From NCBI GenBank assembly GCA_036170655.1, contig JAVHPP010000039.1, forward strand, positions 1 through 17,420: a DNA stretch of 17,420 nt, given 5' to 3'. Under the pieces are notes generated by a model that was not told the DNA's origin, made no database searches, and saw nothing but the letters and a program-made list of their open reading frames with translations. Source of the stretch: Candidatus Zixiibacteriota bacterium. Its GTDB lineage: Bacteria > Zixibacteria > MSB-5A5 > WJJR01. The position numbers were made by a program, and so were the translations under genes. Below are positions 7,109 through 15,447 of this stretch, piece by piece; position 1 is the first letter of the stretch; each line of letters begins with the position of its first letter.

Positions 7109-7393
7109 GCCAGGCTGCAATCCGAAGACAGGCTCCGGGGCCGGGAGCGCCTCCCATTCATTCATCAAGGCCAATGCCGGATCGCACGGAGACGCGCGAG
7201 CATTCGCGCCACATGCGTTCCCCGCCAGTATACACGCCTTACGGAACCGCACACGCGGAACACGCAGAGATGAATTTGTGATCCTCAGCCAATGCCAGCA
7301 CCACAGAAACTACTACGAAGCAATCACAAAAACTGCCAACATTGCAACCATTGCGGCGTTACATTGGTCATTTGGCGCGCTTATGGGTGAGTC

Positions 7394-9169
7394 ATGCGCC
7401 CCCAGAGGCCAACGGATCGTATGTTCAAGAACCTCGATTTGATCAAACCGTATCTGCAGCGTTACCGCCGCTATCTGATCTGGGGGTTCTGGGCAACGGC
7501 GGCATCCAACGCGCTGGCCCTCATGACCCCTCTCGTCTTGCGCTCGGCGATCAACCGGATCGAGAAGTCGGGAGACGCGTCGCATCTGCTCATCGACGGT
7601 CTGTTCATCGTCGGTCTCACTGCGCTGTCGGGTGTATTCCGGTTCTGGATGCGGCGCACAATCATCTGGGCCTCGCGCAAGATCGAGTGCGATCTTCGTG
7701 CCGGCCTTTTTTCCCATATTCTGTCGCTGGACGGATCGTTCTTTGACCGCACACCGACAGGGGATATTGTCACACGAGCTTCCTCGGATATCGAGCAGGT
7801 GCGCCAGATGGTTGGCCCCGCCGTGATGCAGGGGATGAACACATTCGTCACGACGGCAGTGGCCGTCCCGATGATGCTCATCCTGGATACCCGTCTCGCG
7901 CTACTCATTCTGCTCCCGCTGCCGCTTCTGGCGGTGGGGACCAATCTCCTCGGGCAGGTGGCGCATCATCGCTTCCTAGCGATCCAAGACCGATTCTCGC
8001 AGTTATCGGCCTCAATCCAGGAGTCCCTCGCGGGAATCCGCGTGATCAAGACCCACGTGCGGGAACAGGAGAAGAAACGGGCTTTCCGTGGAGACAATCT
8101 TGACTATTTCCGCCTGAACATGGATCTGATCAGAATCTCGGCCGGGTTCTATCCATTTCTGGGGCTGATCTCGGGATCGACCCTGCTGCTCGTTCTCTAC
8201 TTCGGCGGCCAAGGGGTGATAGCCGGCAAAATCGGACTGGGGACATTTGTCGCCTTCATGTTGTACATGGGGATGCTCATCTGGCCGATGATCGCTCTGG
8301 GATGGATTGTATCATTGTATCAGCGCGGCACCGCTTCGCTGAAGCGACTCGCGATGATTTTTGACACGCCACCCAACGTCAGCGATCCCCCGAGCGAGCG
8401 GGTTCGCCACCTTCCGCCAACCGGCGCCTTGGAAATGCGACACCTGACGTTCTCCTACAATGGGACCGGGAGAACCGTTCTCAACGGAATCTCCTTTCGC
8501 ATAGAACCGGGCGAAACGGTGGCCATCGCCGGGCCAACCGGGAGCGGAAAGTCCACGATTGCGAACTTGCTTTGGCGGCGCTACGCCGTTGCTGACGGGA
8601 CGATGTTTCTCGGCGGCGTGGATGCCAACAACGTTACGCTGTCTGAGTGGCGCACGCACCTCGCCATGGTGCCGCAGGAGCCTTTCTTGTTCTCCGATAC
8701 CGTCCGGGCCAACATCAGCTTTTCCGGGCATGAACTCGATCAAGACCGGCTTCTCGAAGTCGGTGAGTGGGCGGCATTGAACAAAGATGTCACCGAATTC
8801 CCACATGGGTACGACACCATCGTCGGGGAACGCGGCATCACACTTTCCGGCGGCCAGAAGCAGCGGACCACCATAGCCCGGGCGCTGGCCTCGACGGCGG
8901 AGATCCTCGTTTTGGACGACGCTTCCAGCGCGGTTGATGCACAGACAGAAGAAGAGATTCTCAGCCGGCTGGAAACGCTCTTCGGCACGCGGATCATTGT
9001 CCTCATCACCCACCGCATTGCGACCCTGCAACGGGCGGATCGAATCCTGTTCCTCGAGGATGGCCGCCTGGCGGATAGCGGGACGCATGCGGAGATGGTT
9101 GCGCGCAGCGGTCCCTATGCCCACTGGGCGGCGCGCGAAGCGATCAAGGAGAAGCTGGCGGAGATGTAG
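7394..9169 (+). CDS. ABC exporter, fused TMD-NBD, MdlA/BmrC(YheI)-like subunit
   Basis: N-terminal TMD with FFDRTPTGDIV; Walker A GPTGSGKS, Q-loop VPQE, signature LSGGQ, degenerate Walker B ILVLDD, H-loop ITHR. Alternative start ATG 7421. Confidence 0.96.
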   Translation: MRPQRPTDRMFKNLDLIKPYLQRYRRYLIWGFWATAASNALALMTPLVLRSAINRIEKSGDASHLLIDGLFIVGLTALSGVFRFWMRRTIIWASRKIECDLRAGLFSHILSLDGSFFDRTPTGDIVTRASSDIEQVRQMVGPAVMQGMNTFVTTAVAVPMMLILDTRLALLILLPLPLLAVGTNLLGQVAHHRFLAIQDRFSQLSASIQESLAGIRVIKTHVREQEKKRAFRGDNLDYFRLNMDLIRISAGFYPFLGLISGSTLLLVLYFGGQGVIAGKIGLGTFVAFMLYMGMLIWPMIALGWIVSLYQRGTASLKRLAMIFDTPPNVSDPPSERVRHLPPTGALEMRHLTFSYNGTGRTVLNGISFRIEPGETVAIAGPTGSGKSTIANLLWRRYAVADGTMFLGGVDANNVTLSEWRTHLAMVPQEPFLFSDTVRANISFSGHELDQDRLLEVGEWAALNKDVTEFPHGYDTIVGERGITLSGGQKQRTTIARALASTAEILVLDDASSAVDAQTEEEILSRLETLFGTRIIVLITHRIATLQRADRILFLEDGRLADSGTHAEMVARSGPYAHWAAREAIKEKLAEM

Positions 9170-9173
9170 CTTT

Positions 9174-10994
9174 ATGAGTGAGACGTTTTTCGAAGATGAA
9201 GCCTTGGGCAAGGCCTATGACCACCGTCTGATGCGACGGCTGCTTGGTTATCTGCATCCCTACCGCGGGAGGGTCGTGCTGGCCATTATCCTGCTCCTGC
9301 TTCTGGCCATTCTGCAGATCGCCGGGCCCTGGGTCATGGCACGGGCCATTGACGGGCCGATGAAGGCACGCGATGCCAGCGGGCTGGTACCGTGGATTGT
9401 GCTCTTTGCGGCGGTGTTGCTGGGACAGTTTGCGGTGCAGTATGCGCAGACGATCATCACCCAGTGGATCGGCCAGAAAGCCATGCTCGACCTGCGCGAC
9501 CAGCTCCATGAACATGTGCTGGCTATGGATATGCGTTTCTTCGACCGCAATCCCGTGGGGCGGATTCTGACCCGCATCACCTCGGACGTGAATTCGCTCA
9601 ACGAACTGTTTGCTTCCGGGGTGGTCACGATCTTCGGCGACATTTTCACCCTGATCGGCATCGTAGCCGCAATGCTCTATCTCGATCTGCGGCTGGCGCT
9701 CGTGACATTTGTGCTCCTGCCGCTTCTGGTCGTGGCCACACTGATCTTCAAACACAAAGTCCGAAACTCATACCGCGAAATCCGGCGGCTCGTGGCCCGG
9801 CTCAACGCCTTTTGGCAGGAGCACATGACCGGCATGGCGATCGTGCAGGGCTTCAACCGTCAAGACGAAACGAGAGCCCGGCATGAGGAGCGTAACAGGG
9901 ACCTGCGCACAGCCAACTTGCAGTCGATTCTGTATTATGCCGTTTTCTTCCCCATTGTCGAATTGGTTGGCGCGGTCTCGCTGGCGCTGATCGTGTGGTA
10001 CGGTGGGGGACGGGTGGTGATGGGCGCGATGACCTTCGGCGCCTTGACCGCATTCGTACAGTACGCCGAACGATTCTATGCGCCCATCCGCGACCTCGCT
10101 GAGAAGTACAACATCCTGCAATCGGCGATGGCATCTTCCGAACGCATCTTCAAACTCCTGGATACCCAGCCCGGAATCACCATCCCGGACATCACCACAT
10201 CCAGACCGGCGGACAGCAGCCGCGCCGGGGAGGTTGTCTTCGATCACGTCTGGCTCGCCTATCAGGGTGAAGATTGGGTGCTCAAAGATGTTTCGTTTTG
10301 CGTATCGCCCGGAGAAACGGTTGCACTGGTTGGCGCCACGGGCGCCGGGAAGACATCGATTGCCAATCTGATTGCGCGTCTGTATGAGTTTCAGAAGGGA
10401 TCAATCACCGTGGACGGCATCGACGTGCGCGCATGGGACCCCTTTATCCTGCGGCACCGGGTCGGGACTGTGTCGCAAGATGTCTTTCTTTTTTCTGGCA
10501 CCGTGGAAGAAAACATTCGCATGGGCGACGCGACAATGTCTGATCAGACAGTTGCCGCCGCGGCCCGGCGTGTCGGCCTCGAACGGCTTAGTGACGAAGG
10601 CGGCAATGGACTGAACCGAACGGTCGGAGAGCGGGGCGCCGGTCTCTCGGTCGGGGAAAAGCAACTGGTGGCCTTCGCCCGGGTCGTGGCGGATGATCCA
10701 GCGGTGTTGATCTTAGACGAAGCCACCTCATCGGTGGACCACGAGACGGAAGCGCGCCTCCAGGAGGCGCTGCGAGAACTGTTCAAAGGCCGCACCAACA
10801 TCGTCGTTGCCCACCGCTTATCGACCGTCCGCCATGCCGACAGAATCATTGTGCTGCACAAAGGCCGCGTGCGCGAAACGGGGACGCATGACGAGCTGAT
10901 CGCACAGCGCGGAATCTACTTCTACCTCGACCAATTGCAATCCACGGCTGCAGAGCCCGGATTGGCCGCAACGGTGGAACGGGTCGCTAAATGA
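9174..10994 (+). CDS. ABC exporter, fused TMD-NBD, MdlB/BmrD(YheH)-like subunit
   Basis: Start reassigned to ATG 9174 (MSETFFEDEALGKAYDHRLMRRLL), 4 nt after the partner's stop. FFDRNPVGRIL, Walker A GATGAGKT, degenerate signature LSVGE, Walker B VLILDE, H-loop VAHR. Confidence 0.96.
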   Translation: MSETFFEDEALGKAYDHRLMRRLLGYLHPYRGRVVLAIILLLLLAILQIAGPWVMARAIDGPMKARDASGLVPWIVLFAAVLLGQFAVQYAQTIITQWIGQKAMLDLRDQLHEHVLAMDMRFFDRNPVGRILTRITSDVNSLNELFASGVVTIFGDIFTLIGIVAAMLYLDLRLALVTFVLLPLLVVATLIFKHKVRNSYREIRRLVARLNAFWQEHMTGMAIVQGFNRQDETRARHEERNRDLRTANLQSILYYAVFFPIVELVGAVSLALIVWYGGGRVVMGAMTFGALTAFVQYAERFYAPIRDLAEKYNILQSAMASSERIFKLLDTQPGITIPDITTSRPADSSRAGEVVFDHVWLAYQGEDWVLKDVSFCVSPGETVALVGATGAGKTSIANLIARLYEFQKGSITVDGIDVRAWDPFILRHRVGTVSQDVFLFSGTVEENIRMGDATMSDQTVAAAARRVGLERLSDEGGNGLNRTVGERGAGLSVGEKQLVAFARVVADDPAVLILDEATSSVDHETEARLQEALRELFKGRTNIVVAHRLSTVRHADRIIVLHKGRVRETGTHDELIAQRGIYFYLDQLQSTAAEPGLAATVERVAK

Positions 10995-11821
10995 CAATAG
11001 CATCTTCCGACAGTGTCCCAGCGTTCGATCCGGCCTGGAAGGACTATCTCGCTGCGGCCGTTCCCATCGCGCGTGAAGCGGGCGATCTTCTGGCCCGCAG
11101 CTTAGGTCAGGCCCGGACGATCGAGTTCAAGGGCGCCATCAATCTCGTCACGGAAATGGATCGCCGTGCCGAGGACTTGATTGTCCGGGCGCTGGGACAA
11201 TCGTTTCCTCGGTTCGCTATCATCGCCGAAGAAGGGTCAGGCCACACAGCAGAAAGTGGCTATGCCTGGTATGTGGATCCGCTGGATGGCACGACCAACT
11301 ATGCACACGGCCTGCCGCTGTTCTGTGTATCACTGGGATTGGTCCTTGGCAGCACGCCGGTCTGTGGCGTTGTCTATCACCCGATGGGGCACGAGATGTT
11401 CACTGCCGTGCGGGACGGCGGCGCCTTTCTCGGCGAACGGCGGCTGCATGTCTCGGCGACAGCGGAATTGACCAACGCAATTCTGGCGACGGGGTTTCCT
11501 TACGACATCCGTGAATCCGACTTCGATAATCTCGATCACTTCGCGCGATTCGCCAAGACAGCGCGGGCGATTCGCCGGATGGGCGCCGCCGCGCTCGATC
11601 TCGCTTGGACCGCCGCGGGCCGTTTCGATGGTTTCTGGGAGATGAAGTTATCCCCGTGGGACTGCGCCGCAGGAGCGTTGCTGTGCCTCGAAGCCGGCGG
11701 AATCGTGACCGACTTTTCCGGCGGGCCGTTTGACCCCATCAAGGGTCAGGCGGTAGCCGCGAATCCGGCACTGCATCCGCAGATTATCCGTGTCATCGCA
11801 CAGGGGCGGTATACAAAGTAG
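10991..11821 (+). CDS. suhB: Inositol monophosphatase family protein (SuhB-like)
   Basis: NLVTEMD, IIAEEG, WYVDPLDGTTNYAHG, ATGFPY, RRMGAAALDL, LSPWDCAAG. ATGA overlap with the upstream ABC gene. Confidence 0.95.
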   Translation: MTIASSDSVPAFDPAWKDYLAAAVPIAREAGDLLARSLGQARTIEFKGAINLVTEMDRRAEDLIVRALGQSFPRFAIIAEEGSGHTAESGYAWYVDPLDGTTNYAHGLPLFCVSLGLVLGSTPVCGVVYHPMGHEMFTAVRDGGAFLGERRLHVSATAELTNAILATGFPYDIRESDFDNLDHFARFAKTARAIRRMGAAALDLAWTAAGRFDGFWEMKLSPWDCAAGALLCLEAGGIVTDFSGGPFDPIKGQAVAANPALHPQIIRVIAQGRYTK

Positions 11822-11998
11822 GACTTGAACGCTATGTGTCCCGGGAGTTCAGAGCCACACGACGCCGCGCGTGTACCGCGTGTTACGCGCCAGTGGCCCG
11901 TGGCCATGACAATTCGTGGCCCCGACCGGGGGTTAGGGCCTCCCAGCCTTCACAAACGCAGATAACCGTTGGAATCCACTTAGAGGTCTTGCCCGCGC

Positions 11999-12763
11999 TC
12001 ACGCCACCGCCGCGACCGGGTTCTCCAGCGACTTGAGAATGGTCCCAATCCGGTCGATGCGGAATGGCTTCATGAGGAAAGCATCCGCGGCGCCGTTGGC
12101 GAACTCGCGGCCGGAGATCGACGGCGCATACCCCGTAATGAGGACCATCGGCAGGCCGGCGTCAGCCCCCTTGACCGTCCGGATGAGTTCCTCGCCGGAC
12201 ATCAACGGGAGCTTGTAGTCGGTGATGATCGCGTCAGGACGCCGCTGACGGATCTGCCGCAAGGCCGCCTCGGCGTCGGGAACGCTCATGGAGTTGTATC
12301 CCAAGGCTTCGACAATCTCGGAAAGGAGAACACGAAACTCGACGTCATCCTCGACAATCAGAACGTCGCGAATGGTGCGCGCGGGAGTTGCAGAGGCGTG
12401 GCTGCGGGACAGAACACGCTGCAATACTTCTTCGATCTTCTCGAGGCGGAAGGGCTTGACCAGAAACCCATCGGCGCCCGCGTGTGTCGCCTGCGCCCGG
12501 TGTTGCTGGAAGGCAAATCCCGTGATCATGATCACCGGCATCGCGGGACGTTCGGCCTTGATGTGATGCAGCAGGTCCAGGCCATCCAGTTCGGGCATCT
12601 TGATGTCGGAGACCACACAGTCGATCTGACGGGAACGCACCAGATCGAGCGCCTGACGACCATCGGTGGCGCCGACTGTTTGATAGCCGATGGCCTCGAG
12701 CGATTCGATCAGCAGATTTCGTATGCGCGGATCGTCGTCGACAATCAGTATGATCTCGTTCAC
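11999..12763 (-). CDS. Response regulator with two tandem receiver domains and no output domain
   Basis: REC1: ILIVDDD, SDIKMP, ITG, VKPF. REC2: VLIVEDD, TDYKLP, ITG, MKPF. GTG start 1 nt after the upstream gene's stop; purine-rich GGGGGAAG upstream. Confidence 0.93.
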   Translation of the reverse strand: MNEIILIVDDDPRIRNLLIESLEAIGYQTVGATDGRQALDLVRSRQIDCVVSDIKMPELDGLDLLHHIKAERPAMPVIMITGFAFQQHRAQATHAGADGFLVKPFRLEKIEEVLQRVLSRSHASATPARTIRDVLIVEDDVEFRVLLSEIVEALGYNSMSVPDAEAALRQIRQRRPDAIITDYKLPLMSGEELIRTVKGADAGLPMVLITGYAPSISGREFANGAADAFLMKPFRIDRIGTILKSLENPVAAVA

Positions 12764-12764
12764 G

Positions 12765-14201
12765 TCACTTCCCCCGCGGACGCCGTGTTGTGGCCCGGCG
12801 TTTGGTCGCCGGGACCCGGGTACGGTGTCCCCGAATGACCGCCAGAAGCGCAGCGGTCTTCTCTTTCAATAGTTCGGCAGTCTTGGCCTCAACATTGAGC
12901 CGCAGGAGGGGTTCGGTATTGGACGGGCGCGCATTGAACCACCCGCCATCAAAGCTGATGGTGATTCCGTCGGTGTTGTCTGGGGGAGAATCCGGGAATG
13001 CTTCAACGATTTTCTCCAGTGTTTTCGGAATGCTCTTGACACGGGTGTTGATCTCGCCTGAACGGAAGTAGGGGTTCAAGGTGGAGACGAGGGCCGACAA
13101 CGGGCGCTGATCCCCCGAAAGAGCCTCCATCGCCACCAGCATGGCGATGAGCCCCGAATCAGCGTACCAGTTCTTCTGGAAGTAAAAGTGCCCGGAATGT
13201 TCGCCGCCGAAGATGGCTCCGAGACGTTTCATCAAGGGTTTGATCAGGGCATGCCCGACGGGGGTGCGAATGGCACGCCCCCCCTCGCGTTCGATTAACT
13301 CCGGTACCGCCTTGGAACATATAAGGTTATAGAGAATCGTGGCGCCCGGAGTTTTACCCAAGAGGCTCTTTGCGACCAGCATGGTCACAATGTCGCCACC
13401 GAGTGGACTCCCGGTTTCATCGACCAGGAACATCCGGTCGGCATCGCCGTCGAAGGCGACTCCGAAGTCAGCCCGTTCTTTGCAGACGCGTTCCCGCAGA
13501 TCGGCCAGATTGGCCGGTTCGATGGGATTCGCCGGATGATGGGGAAAAGTCCCATCGAGCTCGAAGTACATCGGGATCAATTCAAGCGGCAGACGCGCAA
13601 ACACCGCCGGGAGAATGGTGCCTGCCATGCCGTTGCCTGCATCGACGACGACTTTGAAATGGCGCAACCGCGAGGCATCGACAAACGACAGAACATGGTC
13701 GACGAAATCCGGGATGACATTCACCGTCTCGCGAGAACCGGGTTCCCGGTCGTAGTGAAAACCCTCCAGACTGATCGTTTCCCGTATTCGGTCGATCCCA
13801 TCGCTGCCGGAAAGCGGCTCCACCTGCGCACGGCACAGTTTGAAGCCGTTGTACTCGGGCGGATTGTGGGAGGCGGTGATCATCACCCCGCCATCCGTCC
13901 CCAAGTGGCCGACGGCAAAGTAGAGCGCGTCGGTCGAGACCTGCCCGATATCGATTACCCGGCACCCGGATTCGATCAGCCCTTCGATCAGCCCATCGGC
14001 CAGATCGGCCGAGTGGACCCGCATGTCGCGTCCGACGGCGATCGTTGTACCCTTGATCTCCACGGCGAAGGCCATTCCGATCAGACGCGCCGCCGCACGA
14101 TTGATCTGGTCGGGCACGGTTCCTCTGATGTCGTAACTCTTGAAGACTTCCGGCGAAACCACCACGGCCTGAACCTTATCGTTCTTCCTCACGCTCTTCA
14201 T
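12765..14201 (-). CDS. Phosphomannomutase/phosphoglucomutase (alpha-D-phosphohexomutase)
   Basis: FKSYDIRG, catalytic TASHNP, metal loop FDGDADR, sugar loop GEHSGH, RPSNTEP. Start reassigned to ATG 14201 (SD GGGAG upstream); the track's 14483 start overlaps the divergent gene. Confidence 0.96.
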   Translation of the reverse strand: MKSVRKNDKVQAVVVSPEVFKSYDIRGTVPDQINRAAARLIGMAFAVEIKGTTIAVGRDMRVHSADLADGLIEGLIESGCRVIDIGQVSTDALYFAVGHLGTDGGVMITASHNPPEYNGFKLCRAQVEPLSGSDGIDRIRETISLEGFHYDREPGSRETVNVIPDFVDHVLSFVDASRLRHFKVVVDAGNGMAGTILPAVFARLPLELIPMYFELDGTFPHHPANPIEPANLADLRERVCKERADFGVAFDGDADRMFLVDETGSPLGGDIVTMLVAKSLLGKTPGATILYNLICSKAVPELIEREGGRAIRTPVGHALIKPLMKRLGAIFGGEHSGHFYFQKNWYADSGLIAMLVAMEALSGDQRPLSALVSTLNPYFRSGEINTRVKSIPKTLEKIVEAFPDSPPDNTDGITISFDGGWFNARPSNTEPLLRLNVEAKTAELLKEKTAALLAVIRGHRTRVPATKRRATTRRPRGK

Positions 14202-14302
14202 AGAAGCCAGTCTCCCAAGATTGTCCTGCCTGGCGAAACGCCACGCGCACCCAAAAACGTCGTCGCAGAGCGTCAGGTCAACCGGATTCGAAGCCAGCGA
14301 TA

Positions 14303-14331
14303 TTGACACGCTGTGAACTTCTCCCCACCTT
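14303..14331 (+). promoter_or_regulatory. Putative sigma-70 promoter for the ATPase-mutM unit
   Basis: Perfect TTGACA (14303-14308), 17 nt, weak -10 CACCTT (14326-14331). Confidence 0.4.
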
Positions 14332-14352
14332 GGGGATTCGAGAGACGATAAC

Positions 14353-15429
14353 ATGGCCACCGTGCAATTCGACAATGTGGACAAGTCATTTGGGGAGCGG
14401 CATGCCCTCATGTCCGCGAGTTTCGCCGTCGAGGAACACGAGTTCGTCGTGCTCGTTGGTCCATCCGGTTGTGGCAAGTCCACGGCGCTTCGTCTGGTGG
14501 CCGGACTCGATGTCCCCGATCAGGGACGGATCCTGATCGACGGAAAAGATATGCGGCATGTCTCGCCGAAGGATCGGGGATGCGCGATGGTCTTTCAGTC
14601 GTATGCGCTTTATCCGCACTGGACGGTTTACGACAATCTGGCATTTCCTCTGAAGCTGCGGCACACGGGAAAACAGGACATCCAGCGCCGTGTGTCCCAG
14701 ATCGCCACCGAGCTGCGGCTAACCGATGTCCTGGATCAGAGGCCGAAGGAATTGTCGGGGGGACAGAGACAACGGGTGGCGGTCGGGCGCGCCATGGCCG
14801 GTGACCCGCCGATTTTTCTCTTCGATGAGCCGTTGTCCAACCTGGACGCCCCCCTGCGGGCCGCGATGCGGGGCGAGATCGTCGTGCGCCAGAAGGCACT
14901 AAGCAAAACAACCCTGTATGTCACACATGATCAGGCAGAAGCGCTGACCATGGCAGACCGCGTGGTCATCCTTGATCAGGGGTGTGTGCAGGGTATCGGC
15001 CCGCCAGAGCGGCTGTATCGTGATCCCCCCAACCGTTTTGTCGCCGCTTTCCTCGGACGTCCCACGATCAACTTGCTCGATGGCACGCTCCGCCGAATGG
15101 ATGGACACTGCCGGCTCGAGCCACTGGGGTGGGAACTTCCCGATGTGGTCGTTTCGCGAATCCCGGCTTCCGAGGGACGCACGATTCAGGTCGGTGTGCG
15201 CGCCGAGGACATGATGTTGCAGCCCTGGCGAGATGGACGCCGGTGGACTGTCACCGGCCGCGAGTTCCTCGGTGACAAGATCTTGTATACCGTTCAGAGC
15301 ACCGAGTGGACCGTGACTGTCCTCACCGATCCACACTGCACCTTCGAATCGGGGACGCCGGTCGCGGTGGAACCGCATCTGGAAAAGATCATGTGCTTCC
15401 AACCTGGCGACGGTCAGCGTCTCGCCTGA
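14353..15429 (+). CDS. Carbohydrate ABC importer ATPase (MalK/UgpC/MsmX family)
   Basis: GPSGCGKST, MVFQSYALYPH, LSGGQRQRVA, FLFDEPLSNLD, YVTHDQAEA, PPNRFVAAFLG, and a C-terminal TOBE-like region (VGVRAED, EFLG). Confidence 0.96.
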   Translation: MATVQFDNVDKSFGERHALMSASFAVEEHEFVVLVGPSGCGKSTALRLVAGLDVPDQGRILIDGKDMRHVSPKDRGCAMVFQSYALYPHWTVYDNLAFPLKLRHTGKQDIQRRVSQIATELRLTDVLDQRPKELSGGQRQRVAVGRAMAGDPPIFLFDEPLSNLDAPLRAAMRGEIVVRQKALSKTTLYVTHDQAEALTMADRVVILDQGCVQGIGPPERLYRDPPNRFVAAFLGRPTINLLDGTLRRMDGHCRLEPLGWELPDVVVSRIPASEGRTIQVGVRAEDMMLQPWRDGRRWTVTGREFLGDKILYTVQSTEWTVTVLTDPHCTFESGTPVAVEPHLEKIMCFQPGDGQRLA

Positions 15430-15447
15430 GCCAAGATCTGCCACACC

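Noticed and set aside
7132..7155. GC hairpins after mlaD as a terminator
   Set aside because: Short stems with no U-tract.
8934..9173. 80-aa N-terminal extension of the second ABC subunit
   Set aside because: Overlaps the first subunit's NBD out of frame; ATG 9174 gives a family-typical N-terminus.
14202..14483. 94-aa N-terminal extension of the phosphomannomutase
   Set aside because: Spans the divergent promoter and the start of the ATPase gene; ATG 14201 has a good SD.
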